This document shows positions 1 through 9,095 of a stretch of 64,000 bases of DNA, piece by piece (position 1 is the first letter of the stretch; every line of letters begins with the position of its first letter). This stretch comes from a virus (lineage: Duplodnaviria > Caudoviricetes). Made by a program: the position numbers and the translations under genes. Location: positions 32,745 through 96,744 of IMG/VR virus record IMGVR_UViG_2593339203_000002; one strand, 5' to 3'. The notes beneath the pieces were generated by a model. It made no database searches and was not told where the DNA came from. It saw nothing but the letters and a program-made list of their open reading frames with translations.

Positions 1-441
1 ACGGCCCCGGCGCGCACCGCCGGGGAGGAGGCCGTCCTCCAGGACGTCCGGGAGTACATCCAGGACGCGCCCGGCGTCGGCGCCCGCACGGTCGCCGCGG
101 CCACCGCCGCGATCGGCTCGAAGGTCCAGGCCGGCCGGATCACCCGGGACCGGCTTACCGGCGCCCTCCCCGCCCTCACGGCCGCCGTGACCGCGAAGGC
201 CGTCCGCGACATGCGCGGCCAGGGCCTCACCCACGAGCAGATCCGTATGCGCCTGGAGCGCAAGCGCGCCGAGGCCATCCACGCCCGCGACCACGGCCGC
301 GTGACGGTGGCGGAGGCCATGCTCGCCGCCCACGCCGGGATCGTCGCGGACGAGGAGGCGCGCGCCGCCACCGCGGCCCACCAGCTCCCCGCCGCAGACC
401 GGCCCGCCCTCCCGGGCCCGGAATCCGACCGCCGGGCCTGA
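1..441 (+). CDS. Hypothetical protein, 5' truncated by window edge
   Basis: Frame is open from base 1 to TGA at 439-441 with GC3-rich codons; followed by a hairpin. Confidence 0.7.
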   Translation, partial: TAPARTAGEEAVLQDVREYIQDAPGVGARTVAAATAAIGSKVQAGRITRDRLTGALPALTAAVTAKAVRDMRGQGLTHEQIRMRLERKRAEAIHARDHGRVTVAEAMLAAHAGIVADEEARAATAAHQLPAADRPALPGPESDRRA

Positions 442-460
442 CTCGCCCCCGCCCGCTCCC

Positions 461-493
461 GGCCGGGCGCCGTCCCCCTCACGGCGCCCGGCC
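461..493 (+). terminator. GC-rich hairpin, likely terminator
   Basis: GGCCGGGCGCCGT-N7-ACGGCGCCCGGCC, perfect 13-bp stem just after a stop codon. Confidence 0.6.
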
Positions 494-499
494 TCACCC

Positions 500-1138
500 A
501 TGAGACGAGTTGAGATGAGCAGCAGCACGCCGCGCGCAACCCACCTCACCCCGGAGGAGCTGGAGGAGCTGCGCGCCCGCGCCCGCCGGGAGGCCGGCCC
601 CTTCGTCAACCCAACCATCCTGGGCACCGCCCGGGCGCACAACCCGGAGTGGGCGACGGAGATCCTGGGCCGCCCCTCCGGCGCCCGCCGGGCGACCTGG
701 CCGGAGCTCTACCTCCTCCACCTCGCGGCCGAGGCCGAGCCCACACCGCCCCCGCCGCCGAAGGAGACCGCAGCCCGGGCCGCCCGCGAGGTGCAGGAGG
801 AGGAACGCCGCCGCGCCGCCGCCGAGGAGCGGGCCCGGCAGGTGGAGGCATGGCGGGAGCTGGAGGCCGCCCTCCTCAAGGCCGGGGCCCGCGTGGACGT
901 CCGGCACAACTACACCTCCCACCGCCACCTGGAGACGTACACGCAGGGCGGGGACCACGTGGTCCTCCTGGACCCGCTCCACGTCGGCCGGCTCCACCGG
1001 GAGGCCGGGGTGAGCCTCTGTCACACCCCCAGCAACGCGCACAACGTGGCGATCCTGGAGCCGATCCCAGACGGCCGCCTCCCGTCATGCCAGGCATGCC
1101 TACGGATCGCGCGGAGCGTGGCCCGCCGCGTGACCTGA
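500..1138 (+). CDS. Hypothetical protein with coiled coil and C-terminal Cys/CxxC motif (start may be 515)
   Basis: 212-aa ORF, coding-like codon bias, SLCH...PSCQAC. Confidence 0.7.
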   Translation: MRRVEMSSSTPRATHLTPEELEELRARARREAGPFVNPTILGTARAHNPEWATEILGRPSGARRATWPELYLLHLAAEAEPTPPPPPKETAARAAREVQEEERRRAAAEERARQVEAWRELEAALLKAGARVDVRHNYTSHRHLETYTQGGDHVVLLDPLHVGRLHREAGVSLCHTPSNAHNVAILEPIPDGRLPSCQACLRIARSVARRVT

Positions 1139-1200
1139 CCTGCGGGGACACCGTGTCCCCGCCCATGTCCCCCGGCAGCGCCACGCCACACAGATAACGT

Positions 1201-1230
1201 GTTGACTTTGCAAAGTGAGTGTGTGAGTAT
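1201..1230 (+). promoter_or_regulatory. Promoter with palindromic operator over the -35 (copy 1)
   Basis: TTGACT-N17-GAGTAT; ACTTTGCAAAGT palindrome; near-identical copy at 3449. Confidence 0.75.
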
Positions 1231-1280
1231 CGAGGTGTCAGGGAGGCCGAACGGCCAACCGGCAGAAGGGACCACGCGCC

Positions 1281-1553
1281 ATGAGCACCGCCATCCGCAT
1301 CGAGACCACCGCGGACGCCGTCCGGGAGATCACCCGCCTCGCCATCCGCACCATCGCCGCCGGCGGCCACCGCGGCCACCACACGGCCCGGGTCACGGAG
1401 CTCATGGAGGCGGACGACGTCCAGGCGGCCATCCGGCGCTCCTTCAACCGCAACATCGCCCGCGGCCTCACCGTCCGGGACGCGTTCACCGTCACCGGCC
1501 AGGCCCTCATCGCCCACTACTGCAACTCCGCCCGCATCCCCACCGCGAGCTGA
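1281..1553 (+). CDS. Hypothetical protein
   Basis: 90 aa, purine-rich SD (AAGGG) upstream, directly downstream of promoter. Confidence 0.7.
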   Translation: MSTAIRIETTADAVREITRLAIRTIAAGGHRGHHTARVTELMEADDVQAAIRRSFNRNIARGLTVRDAFTVTGQALIAHYCNSARIPTAS

Positions 1554-1619
1554 ACACCCCCGCCGGGCGCCCCACCCCGGGCGCCCGCCCCCCACCCCCA
1601 CACCACGCCAGGAGGACCC

Positions 1620-2123
1620 GTGTTCGTTGAGACGTTCATCCACGCCGGCGGCGTCGCCGAGGGCCACGCCAGCGAGGCCCACGCCCTCCAGCTCATCCGC
1701 CGCGCCTTCCGCCGCGGCCACACCGTGGACGCCACCCCCGAGGGAGGCGCCGTCATCACCTGGACCGCCCGCCGCCTGGTCGACGGGGAGGCCGTGGAGC
1801 AGGGCCGTTCGATCTCCTTCACCCCGCAGACCCCGGCCGGGCCGCTCACCGACGCCGTACGCGGCCACCTCTTCACCCTCCACACCGGCGCCGCCGCCTT
1901 CCCCGGACGCCTGGACGGCCGCCCCGTCATCCGCGCCGGCCTCCAGACCATCCCGCCCGCGGCCACCTCCCACCTCTACGCCCACCGCCTGGTGACGGAG
2001 GACGGCGGCCGGGTCCGCCTCACCCTCGTGGCCCGCCTGGCCCTCCTCTCCATCCTCACCGCCGCCTCCCCGGAGGACCTGGCCGCCATCGCCGAGACGG
2101 ACGGCGTGGAGCTCCCCGCCTGA
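1620..2123 (+). CDS. Hypothetical protein
   Basis: 167 aa, AGGAGG SD before GTG. Confidence 0.75.
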   Translation: MFVETFIHAGGVAEGHASEAHALQLIRRAFRRGHTVDATPEGGAVITWTARRLVDGEAVEQGRSISFTPQTPAGPLTDAVRGHLFTLHTGAAAFPGRLDGRPVIRAGLQTIPPAATSHLYAHRLVTEDGGRVRLTLVARLALLSILTAASPEDLAAIAETDGVELPA

Positions 2124-2203
2124 CACCCCGGCCCGCGGGCCGTCCCCGCCAGGACGGCCCGCCCCGTACCCTCCACCACCTCCCGAGCAAAGGAGCTCAC
2201 CCT

Positions 2204-2917
2204 ATGCGCAACTACGCCACCGCCCGCAACATCGGAGGACGCTCCCGCCAGTGCGACGCCACCGCCGTGGTCGCCGCCCCCGGCAACGTCCGGGCGTACG
2301 TCCTCCTGGACGGCGTGGGGAGCTCCCCGGAGGTCGCTCACTGGACCCGCGGCGCCGCCCTCCGCGTCGCTGCCTCCTCCGCCCGCCACCAGCACGCGGA
2401 GGCCGGCCTCCGCGCCGCCTACGCCCACTACGCCGACCAGCCCGACCGCTGGAACCCGTGGCTGGACCTCCCGCACGCCGCCGCCGTCGTGGCCGTCACC
2501 GCCCCCGGAAAGCCGTTGACCGTCGCCTGGTGCGGCGACTCCCGCGCCTACCTCTGGAGCGGCGGCGGCTTCGTCAAGCTCACCAACGACCACAACCTTC
2601 GGCGCACCCGCCCGCCGTACGGCCGCGCAAACATCCTCACCTCCTGCCTCGGCTCCACGAAGACCGACGAAGAGGTGGAGGGCGAGCACGGCCACCCCAC
2701 GGTGGAATCCGTCACCCGCGCCCTCACCGGCCGGGAGCGCCTGTTCCTCATGAGCGACGGCGCATACGAGCCGATCGAGGAGTCCACCCTCCACCTGGAG
2801 GACTTCGCCCCCGGCGCCCTGGAGGACGTCCCCGGCGGCATCGTGGAGGCCGCCGTGGAGATGTGGGGAGAGGACGCCGACAACGCCACCGCCCTCGTCG
2901 CGGACCTCTGGTACTGA
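2204..2917 (+). CDS. PP2C/PPM-family Ser/Thr protein phosphatase
   Basis: Motifs LLDGVG, WCGDSRAY, LTNDH, MSDG, DNAT; AAGGAG SD. Confidence 0.85.
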   Translation: MRNYATARNIGGRSRQCDATAVVAAPGNVRAYVLLDGVGSSPEVAHWTRGAALRVAASSARHQHAEAGLRAAYAHYADQPDRWNPWLDLPHAAAVVAVTAPGKPLTVAWCGDSRAYLWSGGGFVKLTNDHNLRRTRPPYGRANILTSCLGSTKTDEEVEGEHGHPTVESVTRALTGRERLFLMSDGAYEPIEESTLHLEDFAPGALEDVPGGIVEAAVEMWGEDADNATALVADLWY

Positions 2918-2974
2918 CCACCCCCCCCGGGGCGGCGGAACGTCCGCCGCCCCCGCACCGAAGGAGCCCGCACG

Positions 2975-3256
2975 ATGGCCGCCAGTGACCTCCCCTCCTG
3001 CTGCTTCACCCGAGACCACCACCTCCATTGCCCCCGGCACGGCCAGCCCGCGCCGTACCCCGTCGGCCGGCGCGTCCGCACCCTCGTGGACGCCCCCGCC
3101 GCCTGGCCGGGCGCCTTCGCCGCCCCGGCCGGGACGGAGGGCACTGTGACCGGCCTCCCGGTCCCGCCCGGCACCTCCTACGGCGTCACCCTGGACGGCG
3201 ACCCCGACGCCTTCCCGGCGGCCTACGAGCCGGGGGAGATCACCGCCGCCGACTGA
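2975..3256 (+). CDS. Hypothetical protein (Cys/His N-terminus, SH3-like beta fold possible)
   Basis: 93 aa, AAGGAG SD. Confidence 0.65.
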   Translation: MAASDLPSCCFTRDHHLHCPRHGQPAPYPVGRRVRTLVDAPAAWPGAFAAPAGTEGTVTGLPVPPGTSYGVTLDGDPDAFPAAYEPGEITAAD

Positions 3257-3448
3257 CCTCCCGCCGCCACACGCCAGGGGCGGGGGACAACCTCCGGGCG
3301 CCAGCCCGGGGACGTGTCCCCCGCCCCTGACCTGTGGGGACACCAGCTCCTCCCCGTCGTCCCCGCCAGTGTCCCCGGCCCCGGGGGACACCGTCCCCCG
3401 TCTCGTCCCCCATGTCCCCGCGCGTCGCGCCACCACACCGGTAAGCAA

Positions 3449-3478
3449 GTTGACTTTGCAAAGTCAACGCGTCAGTAT
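3449..3478 (+). promoter_or_regulatory. Promoter with perfect 20-bp palindromic operator (copy 2)
   Basis: GTTGACTTTGCAAAGTCAAC at 3449-3468; TTGACT-N17-CAGTAT. Confidence 0.8.
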
Positions 3479-3524
3479 GGGAGTGCAGGGAGGGCACGGA
3501 GCCCGACCGGGAGAGGAGTGCACC

Positions 3525-4820
3525 ATGTGGGACCGCGTACCGGGGATCATCGCCGGACCGGGCGTCGTCAAGACCGGCGTTCACGTGGAGTACCTTCCGC
3601 AGCACCAGCCCGGCCCCCGCACCCGCCACGCCCGCGGCGGCGTGATCGTCTCCGTGGGCCCGAAGTGCGTCCGCTGGACCCCCTACGGCTCGGACCAGGC
3701 CGTCCGTACCCCCCTGGCCCACATGCGCGTGGACGCCGCCTCCCACATCAACAACCGCGTGGCCGTCCGCGCCGAGCTCGCCGCCCGGGCCGCCGGCAAC
3801 CCCCTGCCCTACCCCGAGTGGACGGAATGGTCCCTCGCCCGCCACCTGGAGCACGCCGCCGCCGAGGCCGCCAACCAGGCCGCAGACGCCGCCCGCATCA
3901 CGTGGGACGGCCAGGAGGACGTCACCGCCGGCCCCGGCGTCATCCAGCCCGGCGTCCACGTCGCGCTCCTCCCCGCGCACCGCCCCGGCCCGCGCGTCCG
4001 CCACGCCGACTCCGGCGTGATCATCTCCGTGGGAACGAAGTGCGTCCGGTGGCGCCCCTACGGCTCGGACCGGGACGTCCGTACGCCGCTGGACCACATG
4101 ACCATCAACGCGGTGGCCCACATCAACCAGGACTCCATGGTCCGCGCCTACTCTGCCGCCCTCGCGGCCGGCCGCTCCCTCCCGCGCTACCCGGAGTGGA
4201 CCCGCTGGACCCTGGCCGCCCACCTGGAGCACGCCGCCGCCCGGGCCGCCGCACGCCGCGCCCGCCTCATCCGCCTCGCCGTGAAGGTGGCCGCCCGCCA
4301 CACCCCCGCCGCGCGCCCGGTCGCCGTCCAGCTCCCGCGCCTGGCCCTCCCCGCCCCCGCCCCGGCCGTCGTCCCCGTCACCGTGCGCCCGGCCCGCGTC
4401 ATCGTCGTCCCGTGCGGCGCCGCGAAGCTGGACCGTCCGGCCTCCGCCGGGGAGCTCTACACCGGCAGCTTTCATAAGGCGTGCCGGAGGGCCGCGGACG
4501 CCCTCGCCCGGCCCGGGACCACCGTCCTGGTCCTCTCCGCGCTCCACGGCCTGGTCCCCCTGGACCGCGTCCTGGAGCCGTACGAGCTCCGCATGGGCCA
4601 GCCCGGCTCCGTCACCGGCGACGAGCTCCGCGCGCAGGCCCGGGAGCTCGGCGTGGACCGTACCGCGGAGGTCACCGTCCTCGCGGGCTCCGCGTACACC
4701 GCGGCGGCCCGCCACGTCTGGCCCCACGCCGCCGCCCCGCTGGAGGGCGCCGGCGGCATGGGCTACCAGCTCCAGCGGCTCAAGGCCCTCCGAGAGGGCC
4801 GCTACGCCCTCGCCGCCTGA
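3525..4820 (+). CDS. Protein with tandemly duplicated N-terminal domain and C-terminal DUF6884-like domain
   Basis: AGGAG SD before ATG 3525; two copies of AGPGV..GVHV...GVI.SVG.KCVRW.PYGSD...YPEWT.W.LA.HLEH; C-terminal PCGAAK..A.ELYTG...LSALHGLV..LEPYE. Confidence 0.75.
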   Translation: MWDRVPGIIAGPGVVKTGVHVEYLPQHQPGPRTRHARGGVIVSVGPKCVRWTPYGSDQAVRTPLAHMRVDAASHINNRVAVRAELAARAAGNPLPYPEWTEWSLARHLEHAAAEAANQAADAARITWDGQEDVTAGPGVIQPGVHVALLPAHRPGPRVRHADSGVIISVGTKCVRWRPYGSDRDVRTPLDHMTINAVAHINQDSMVRAYSAALAAGRSLPRYPEWTRWTLAAHLEHAAARAAARRARLIRLAVKVAARHTPAARPVAVQLPRLALPAPAPAVVPVTVRPARVIVVPCGAAKLDRPASAGELYTGSFHKACRRAADALARPGTTVLVLSALHGLVPLDRVLEPYELRMGQPGSVTGDELRAQARELGVDRTAEVTVLAGSAYTAAARHVWPHAAAPLEGAGGMGYQLQRLKALREGRYALAA

Positions 4821-4905
4821 ACAACCCGCCCGGCCCGGCCCCACGCCCGGGCCGCCACCCGTAATCTGACCTTCAATCCCGGCATGAAGAGGAGCACTGA
4901 TCACC

Positions 4906-5334
4906 ATGGGGGCCTGCCTGGAACCCACACCGGCCATGCGCCGGTACCGCGTCGAGAGCAGCGGCCAGTCGTTCTACCTCACGCGCACCGCGGCGAGCCC
5001 GGCCACCCACGAGAGCCGCTTTCACGCGGTCCTCCCGGCCCCGGACCTGGACGCCATCCTGGCCGCCCTGGACCAGGTCACCAGTCACCCCGACTGGGCC
5101 AGGTGGGAGGAGGCAGGCAGGCTGGCGGAGCCGGACACCTCCTGGACCATCAAGCCGGGCGAGGACGGACCCGCCGCCCCATCGGCCTGGGCCGTGGAGC
5201 GCGACCGAGAGGCCCTTTACCTCTCCGGCCCGTGGATCACCGGCCATGAGTACGACCGATGGAGTGCGGAGATCCCGTACAGCGAGCTGGAGGACCTGCG
5301 GAAGGCCCTCACCGCCCTACTCGCGGAGGACTGA
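4906..5334 (+). CDS. Hypothetical protein
   Basis: 142 aa, GAGGAG SD. Confidence 0.7.
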   Translation: MGACLEPTPAMRRYRVESSGQSFYLTRTAASPATHESRFHAVLPAPDLDAILAALDQVTSHPDWARWEEAGRLAEPDTSWTIKPGEDGPAAPSAWAVERDREALYLSGPWITGHEYDRWSAEIPYSELEDLRKALTALLAED

Positions 5335-5368
5335 CCCCGACGCACCCCGTGTGAAGGAGCACCACCCC

Positions 5369-5785
5369 ATGAGCAACGCACCCCGCTGCACCGCGTACTA
5401 CCAGGGCGGCGTCCAGACAGCCAACGGGACCGTGGACACCCTCCTGGTCACCCTCCCGGACTCAGAGGACCAGAACGGGGACTCCAGCCCGTCCTACCAC
5501 CGCCTTTCCACGGGGGAGTGGACAGCGGATGACATGGTCACCGCCAACGGCTGGACCCGCCTCACCGAGTGGGAGCCCGTCCCCGGCGAGGACTTCCACC
5601 AGGCGAAGGTCCAGCGGACTCCGGCCCCGCAGCCGGTCGCCCTCACGGTCGTGCGGGACACCGTGAACGCGGAGATCACGGTCTCCGCGCACGGCATCGC
5701 CCCGGCGGACCTGGACGCCCTGACCGCCGCGGTGGAGGACGCCGCCGCCCCGTACAGAGCGATCGTGAACGTGTCCCGCGACTGA
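5369..5785 (+). CDS. Hypothetical protein
   Basis: AAGGAG SD before ATG 5369; followed by a hairpin. Confidence 0.7.
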   Translation: MSNAPRCTAYYQGGVQTANGTVDTLLVTLPDSEDQNGDSSPSYHRLSTGEWTADDMVTANGWTRLTEWEPVPGEDFHQAKVQRTPAPQPVALTVVRDTVNAEITVSAHGIAPADLDALTAAVEDAAAPYRAIVNVSRD

Positions 5786-5913
5786 CCGCCGACCGTTCTG
5801 CAGGCCCGCCCGGCACCCCGCCCGGGCGGGCCCCTTTCACATGCCGGAACTGATCACCACGGGTGCCTATCCTCCTGCGGCCCTCACCCCGGACCGACCA
5901 GGAAGAGTCCCCG

Positions 5914-6756
5914 ATGACCACCAGCACCGAGCCCACCGGCGCCGTCTTCAAGCGGCTGGAGACACGCCCCCTCGGGGACCTCACCCCCTACCCGGGCAAC
6001 GCCCGCCGTGGTGACGTCGGGATGATCCTGGAGTCCCTGACCGCCAGTGGGCAGTTCCGGCCCCTGGTCGTGCGGGAGCAGGCGGACGGCGCCCTGGTCG
6101 TCCTCGCCGGTAACCACACCCTCCAGGCCATCGAGCGCCACGGCTACGGCCCCTGCGGCCGGGTCACCCGCCACGACGGCCAGGAGCGGCCGTGCGCCCT
6201 CTGCCACGGCCAGGAATGGGCACCCACCGCGCAGGTCGCCGTCTACACGTGCACCGACGACACCGCCCGCCGCATCGTCCTCGCCGACAATAGGACCAGC
6301 GACGCCGGCGCCTACGACGACCAGGCCCTCGCGGACCTCCTGGCCGACATGGACGGCGACCTCGCCGGTACCGGCTACACGGACGATGACCTGGAAGACC
6401 TCTTGCAGTACCTGGAGGAGGACGAGCCCGAGCCGGAGCCGGACGAGGACGACGACCAGGAGCAGGAGGAGCCCGCCCCGGCCGGTGAGCCGGCCACCTC
6501 GAGCGCCCCCGCCACCGGCGGGGACACCCCGCCGCCCGGACACGCCTCCCTGGTCCTCACCTACCGCCAGGCCGACAAGGACGAGACCTCCCGCCTCATC
6601 GCCGCGGCCGGGGAAGTCATCCAGGGCGCCGACTCCGCGGAGATCATCCTCCGCGCCCTGCGCACCCTCGTTGCCGTGATCGACTCCCGGCACGCCCCGG
6701 ACGGCGTGGTCACTGTTGCCGCCCTCCTCAAGGCGGCCGACCTGGACCAGACGTGA
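5914..6756 (+). CDS. ParB/Srx N-terminal-domain protein (phage DNA-modification-associated type), copy 1
   Basis: L.PYPGNARRGD...SL...GQ.RPLVV...VLAGNHT...LADNR motifs. Confidence 0.8.
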   Translation: MTTSTEPTGAVFKRLETRPLGDLTPYPGNARRGDVGMILESLTASGQFRPLVVREQADGALVVLAGNHTLQAIERHGYGPCGRVTRHDGQERPCALCHGQEWAPTAQVAVYTCTDDTARRIVLADNRTSDAGAYDDQALADLLADMDGDLAGTGYTDDDLEDLLQYLEEDEPEPEPDEDDDQEQEEPAPAGEPATSSAPATGGDTPPPGHASLVLTYRQADKDETSRLIAAAGEVIQGADSAEIILRALRTLVAVIDSRHAPDGVVTVAALLKAADLDQT

Positions 6757-6798
6757 CCACCTGACCGTCCAGGGCCCGCCCGGCACGGGCCCCACACG

Positions 6799-7077
6799 TC
6801 ACCGGACCGGGGCCGCGCTCCAGTCGTCCACCAGGAGGTCCCGCATCGTCGGCACCCAGGGGCCGAACGTCTTCGCGTTGCCGTTCCACGCCATCAGGTA
6901 CGGGTCGAACACGCACCGCGTGCCCTGCTCCACGCCCGTGGACGCCGCCGTGTTCGCATTGATCTCGATACCGTCCGGGTAGCCCGGCTGCAGCACCACG
7001 TAGGAGTCCTCGCTCCACCCCTCGCGGCGGATGCGGTGACCGTTCTTGACGGCGCTCAGCGCCTCACTGAAGTCCAT
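6799..7077 (-). CDS. DUF2829 / Tad2-like (Thoeris anti-defence 2) protein
   Basis: MDFSEAL..VK.G.RI.R.GW ... PY.....PWVPT..DLL.DDW signature. Confidence 0.8.
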   Translation of the reverse strand: MDFSEALSAVKNGHRIRREGWSEDSYVVLQPGYPDGIEINANTAASTGVEQGTRCVFDPYLMAWNGNAKTFGPWVPTMRDLLVDDWSAAPVR

Positions 7078-7243
7078 ACCCCCATGCTGGCAGGCGGGTT
7101 CCGGGGGAGCGTTTACACGGAGGTCGCCTCACCCGCCACGGGGACATGACCGGCACGGGCCGTCCCCGCACCCCGTCAAAGTGATCATCTCGGGCGCTTA
7201 TCCTCCAGGGCCGCCGAACCCCTCCGGACCAGGAGTAACGCCC

Positions 7244-7840
7244 ATGCCGCCCGCCGTACACGTGCGCACCGACACCATTCCCCTGGCCGACCTCCAACAC
7301 TTCCCCGGCAACGCCCGCCGCGGGGACGTGGAGCTCATCCTCTCCAGCCTCAAACGGAACGGGCAGTACCGCGGCCTGGTGGCCCGTCACGTCCAGCCGG
7401 ACGGCCCGCTGGTCGTCCTGGCCGGCAACCACACGATGCAAGCCCTCCAGCTTCACGGCCCCGGCGCGTGCGACTACCGGACCACCCACCAGGGCGAGGA
7501 ACGGCCGTGCGGCGTCTGCCACGGGGAGGACTGGTCCCCGTCCGCCCGGTGTGAGGTGATCATCTGCGACGACGACACCGCCCGCCGCGTGAACCTCATC
7601 GACAACCGGGCGTCGGACGTGGGGGAGTACGACCGGGACGCCCTCGCGGAGCTCCTGTCCTACCTGGAGGAGGACGGGTTCGAGGGCACCGGCTACACGG
7701 AGGCCGAGGTCCGGCAACTCGCCCACGCCGTCCCCCCGCTGGAGACCAGCGAGGAGGAGTTCCCGGCCTACGACGAGGACGTCCCCACGGCCTACACGTG
7801 CCCCCGCTGCTCCTACAGCTGGTCGGGGAAGCCGGCATGA
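7244..7840 (+). CDS. ParB/Srx N-terminal-domain protein, copy 2, with C-terminal CPRC zinc ribbon
   Basis: AGGAG SD; paralogous motifs PGNARRGD, VLAGNHT, DNR; ATGA overlap with the methyltransferase. Confidence 0.8.
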   Translation: MPPAVHVRTDTIPLADLQHFPGNARRGDVELILSSLKRNGQYRGLVARHVQPDGPLVVLAGNHTMQALQLHGPGACDYRTTHQGEERPCGVCHGEDWSPSARCEVIICDDDTARRVNLIDNRASDVGEYDRDALAELLSYLEEDGFEGTGYTEAEVRQLAHAVPPLETSEEEFPAYDEDVPTAYTCPRCSYSWSGKPA

Positions 7841-9093
7841 GCCCGCGCCGCGCCCCACGGACCCGCCCCTCCAACCGGGCCGTCGTCAAACCGCCCTACC
7901 GCGTCCCGACCATGGCCGAGATCGCCGCCCTGCCCTGGAACGGCTTCACCGCCGCCTCCTCGTTCTCCGGGTGCGGCGGCTCCTCCCTCGGCTATCGCAT
8001 GGCCGGCTTCCGGATGCGGTGGGCGTCGGAGTTCATCCCGGCCGCGCAGGAGACCTACCGGGCCAACGCCCGCCCGTACACCGTCCTGGACACCCGGGAC
8101 ATCCGCGAGGTGACCGCGGAGGACGTCCTCGCGGCGTGCGGCGTGGCCGTGGGGGAGCTGGACCTCTGGGACGGCAGCCCGCCGTGCGCGTCGTTCTCGA
8201 CCATGGGCAAGCGCGAAAAGGGCTGGGGCCTGGTCAAGCCGTACTCGGACACCGTCCAGCGCACCGACGACCTCTTCTTCGAGTACGCCCGTCTCCTCAA
8301 GGCACTCCAACCCCGCACGTTCGTCGCGGAGAACGTGAGCGGCCTGGTCAAAGGCACCGCGAAGGGCTATTTCCTGGAGATCCTGGCCGCGCTCAAGGCC
8401 TGCGGCTACCTGGTGGAGGCCCGCCTCCTGGACGCCTCCCGCCTCGGCGTCCCCCAGTCCCGGCAGCGGCTCATCTTCGTGGGCGTCCGGGAGGACCTGG
8501 ACATGCCGCCGGCGTTCCCCCGCCCGCTCCCGTACCAGTACACGGTCCGCGACGCCCTCCCGGAGCTGCCGCGCCTCGTCCACGACACGTCCGGCGCCCG
8601 CGGCCAGGGCGACGTCACCGACCGCCCGTCCCCCGCGATCACCGTCGGCACGGACGCGATCAACAGCTACCACTTCCGCGTCCTCGACCCCGCCGAGGGC
8701 CGGGAGGTCACGCACGACCCGGAGACCGGGAAGAACATCCATATCGGCCGGTACGCCATCGGGGAGGCCTGGCGCGACACCCCGCCCGGCGGCTCCTCGG
8801 AACGGTTCTTCAGCCTGAAGCGGATGGACCCGGACCGGCCGTCCCAGACGATCACCGCCGAGGGCGGGAACGTCACGAAGGCCTCCGTGACCCACTACGC
8901 CGAGGCCCGCAAACTGACGCTCGGCGAGCTCCGGAAGATCGGCGGGTTCCCGGACGACTTCCAGCTCACCGGCACCTACGAACAGCGATGGGAGCGCATC
9001 GGCCGCGCCGTCCCCCCGGTGATGATGAGCCACATCGCGGCCGCCGTCCGGGACCAGATCCTCATTCCCCTCCGCGAGCGGGGGGTGATCTGA
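7837..9093 (+). CDS. DNA cytosine-C5 methyltransferase family protein; predicted carboxymethyltransferase
   Basis: Motif I FSGCGG, IV SPPC, VI ENV, VIII QSRQR; motif X reads GRAVPP instead of GNAVPP. Confidence 0.9.
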   Translation: MSPRRAPRTRPSNRAVVKPPYRVPTMAEIAALPWNGFTAASSFSGCGGSSLGYRMAGFRMRWASEFIPAAQETYRANARPYTVLDTRDIREVTAEDVLAACGVAVGELDLWDGSPPCASFSTMGKREKGWGLVKPYSDTVQRTDDLFFEYARLLKALQPRTFVAENVSGLVKGTAKGYFLEILAALKACGYLVEARLLDASRLGVPQSRQRLIFVGVREDLDMPPAFPRPLPYQYTVRDALPELPRLVHDTSGARGQGDVTDRPSPAITVGTDAINSYHFRVLDPAEGREVTHDPETGKNIHIGRYAIGEAWRDTPPGGSSERFFSLKRMDPDRPSQTITAEGGNVTKASVTHYAEARKLTLGELRKIGGFPDDFQLTGTYEQRWERIGRAVPPVMMSHIAAAVRDQILIPLRERGVI

Positions 9094-9095
9094 CC

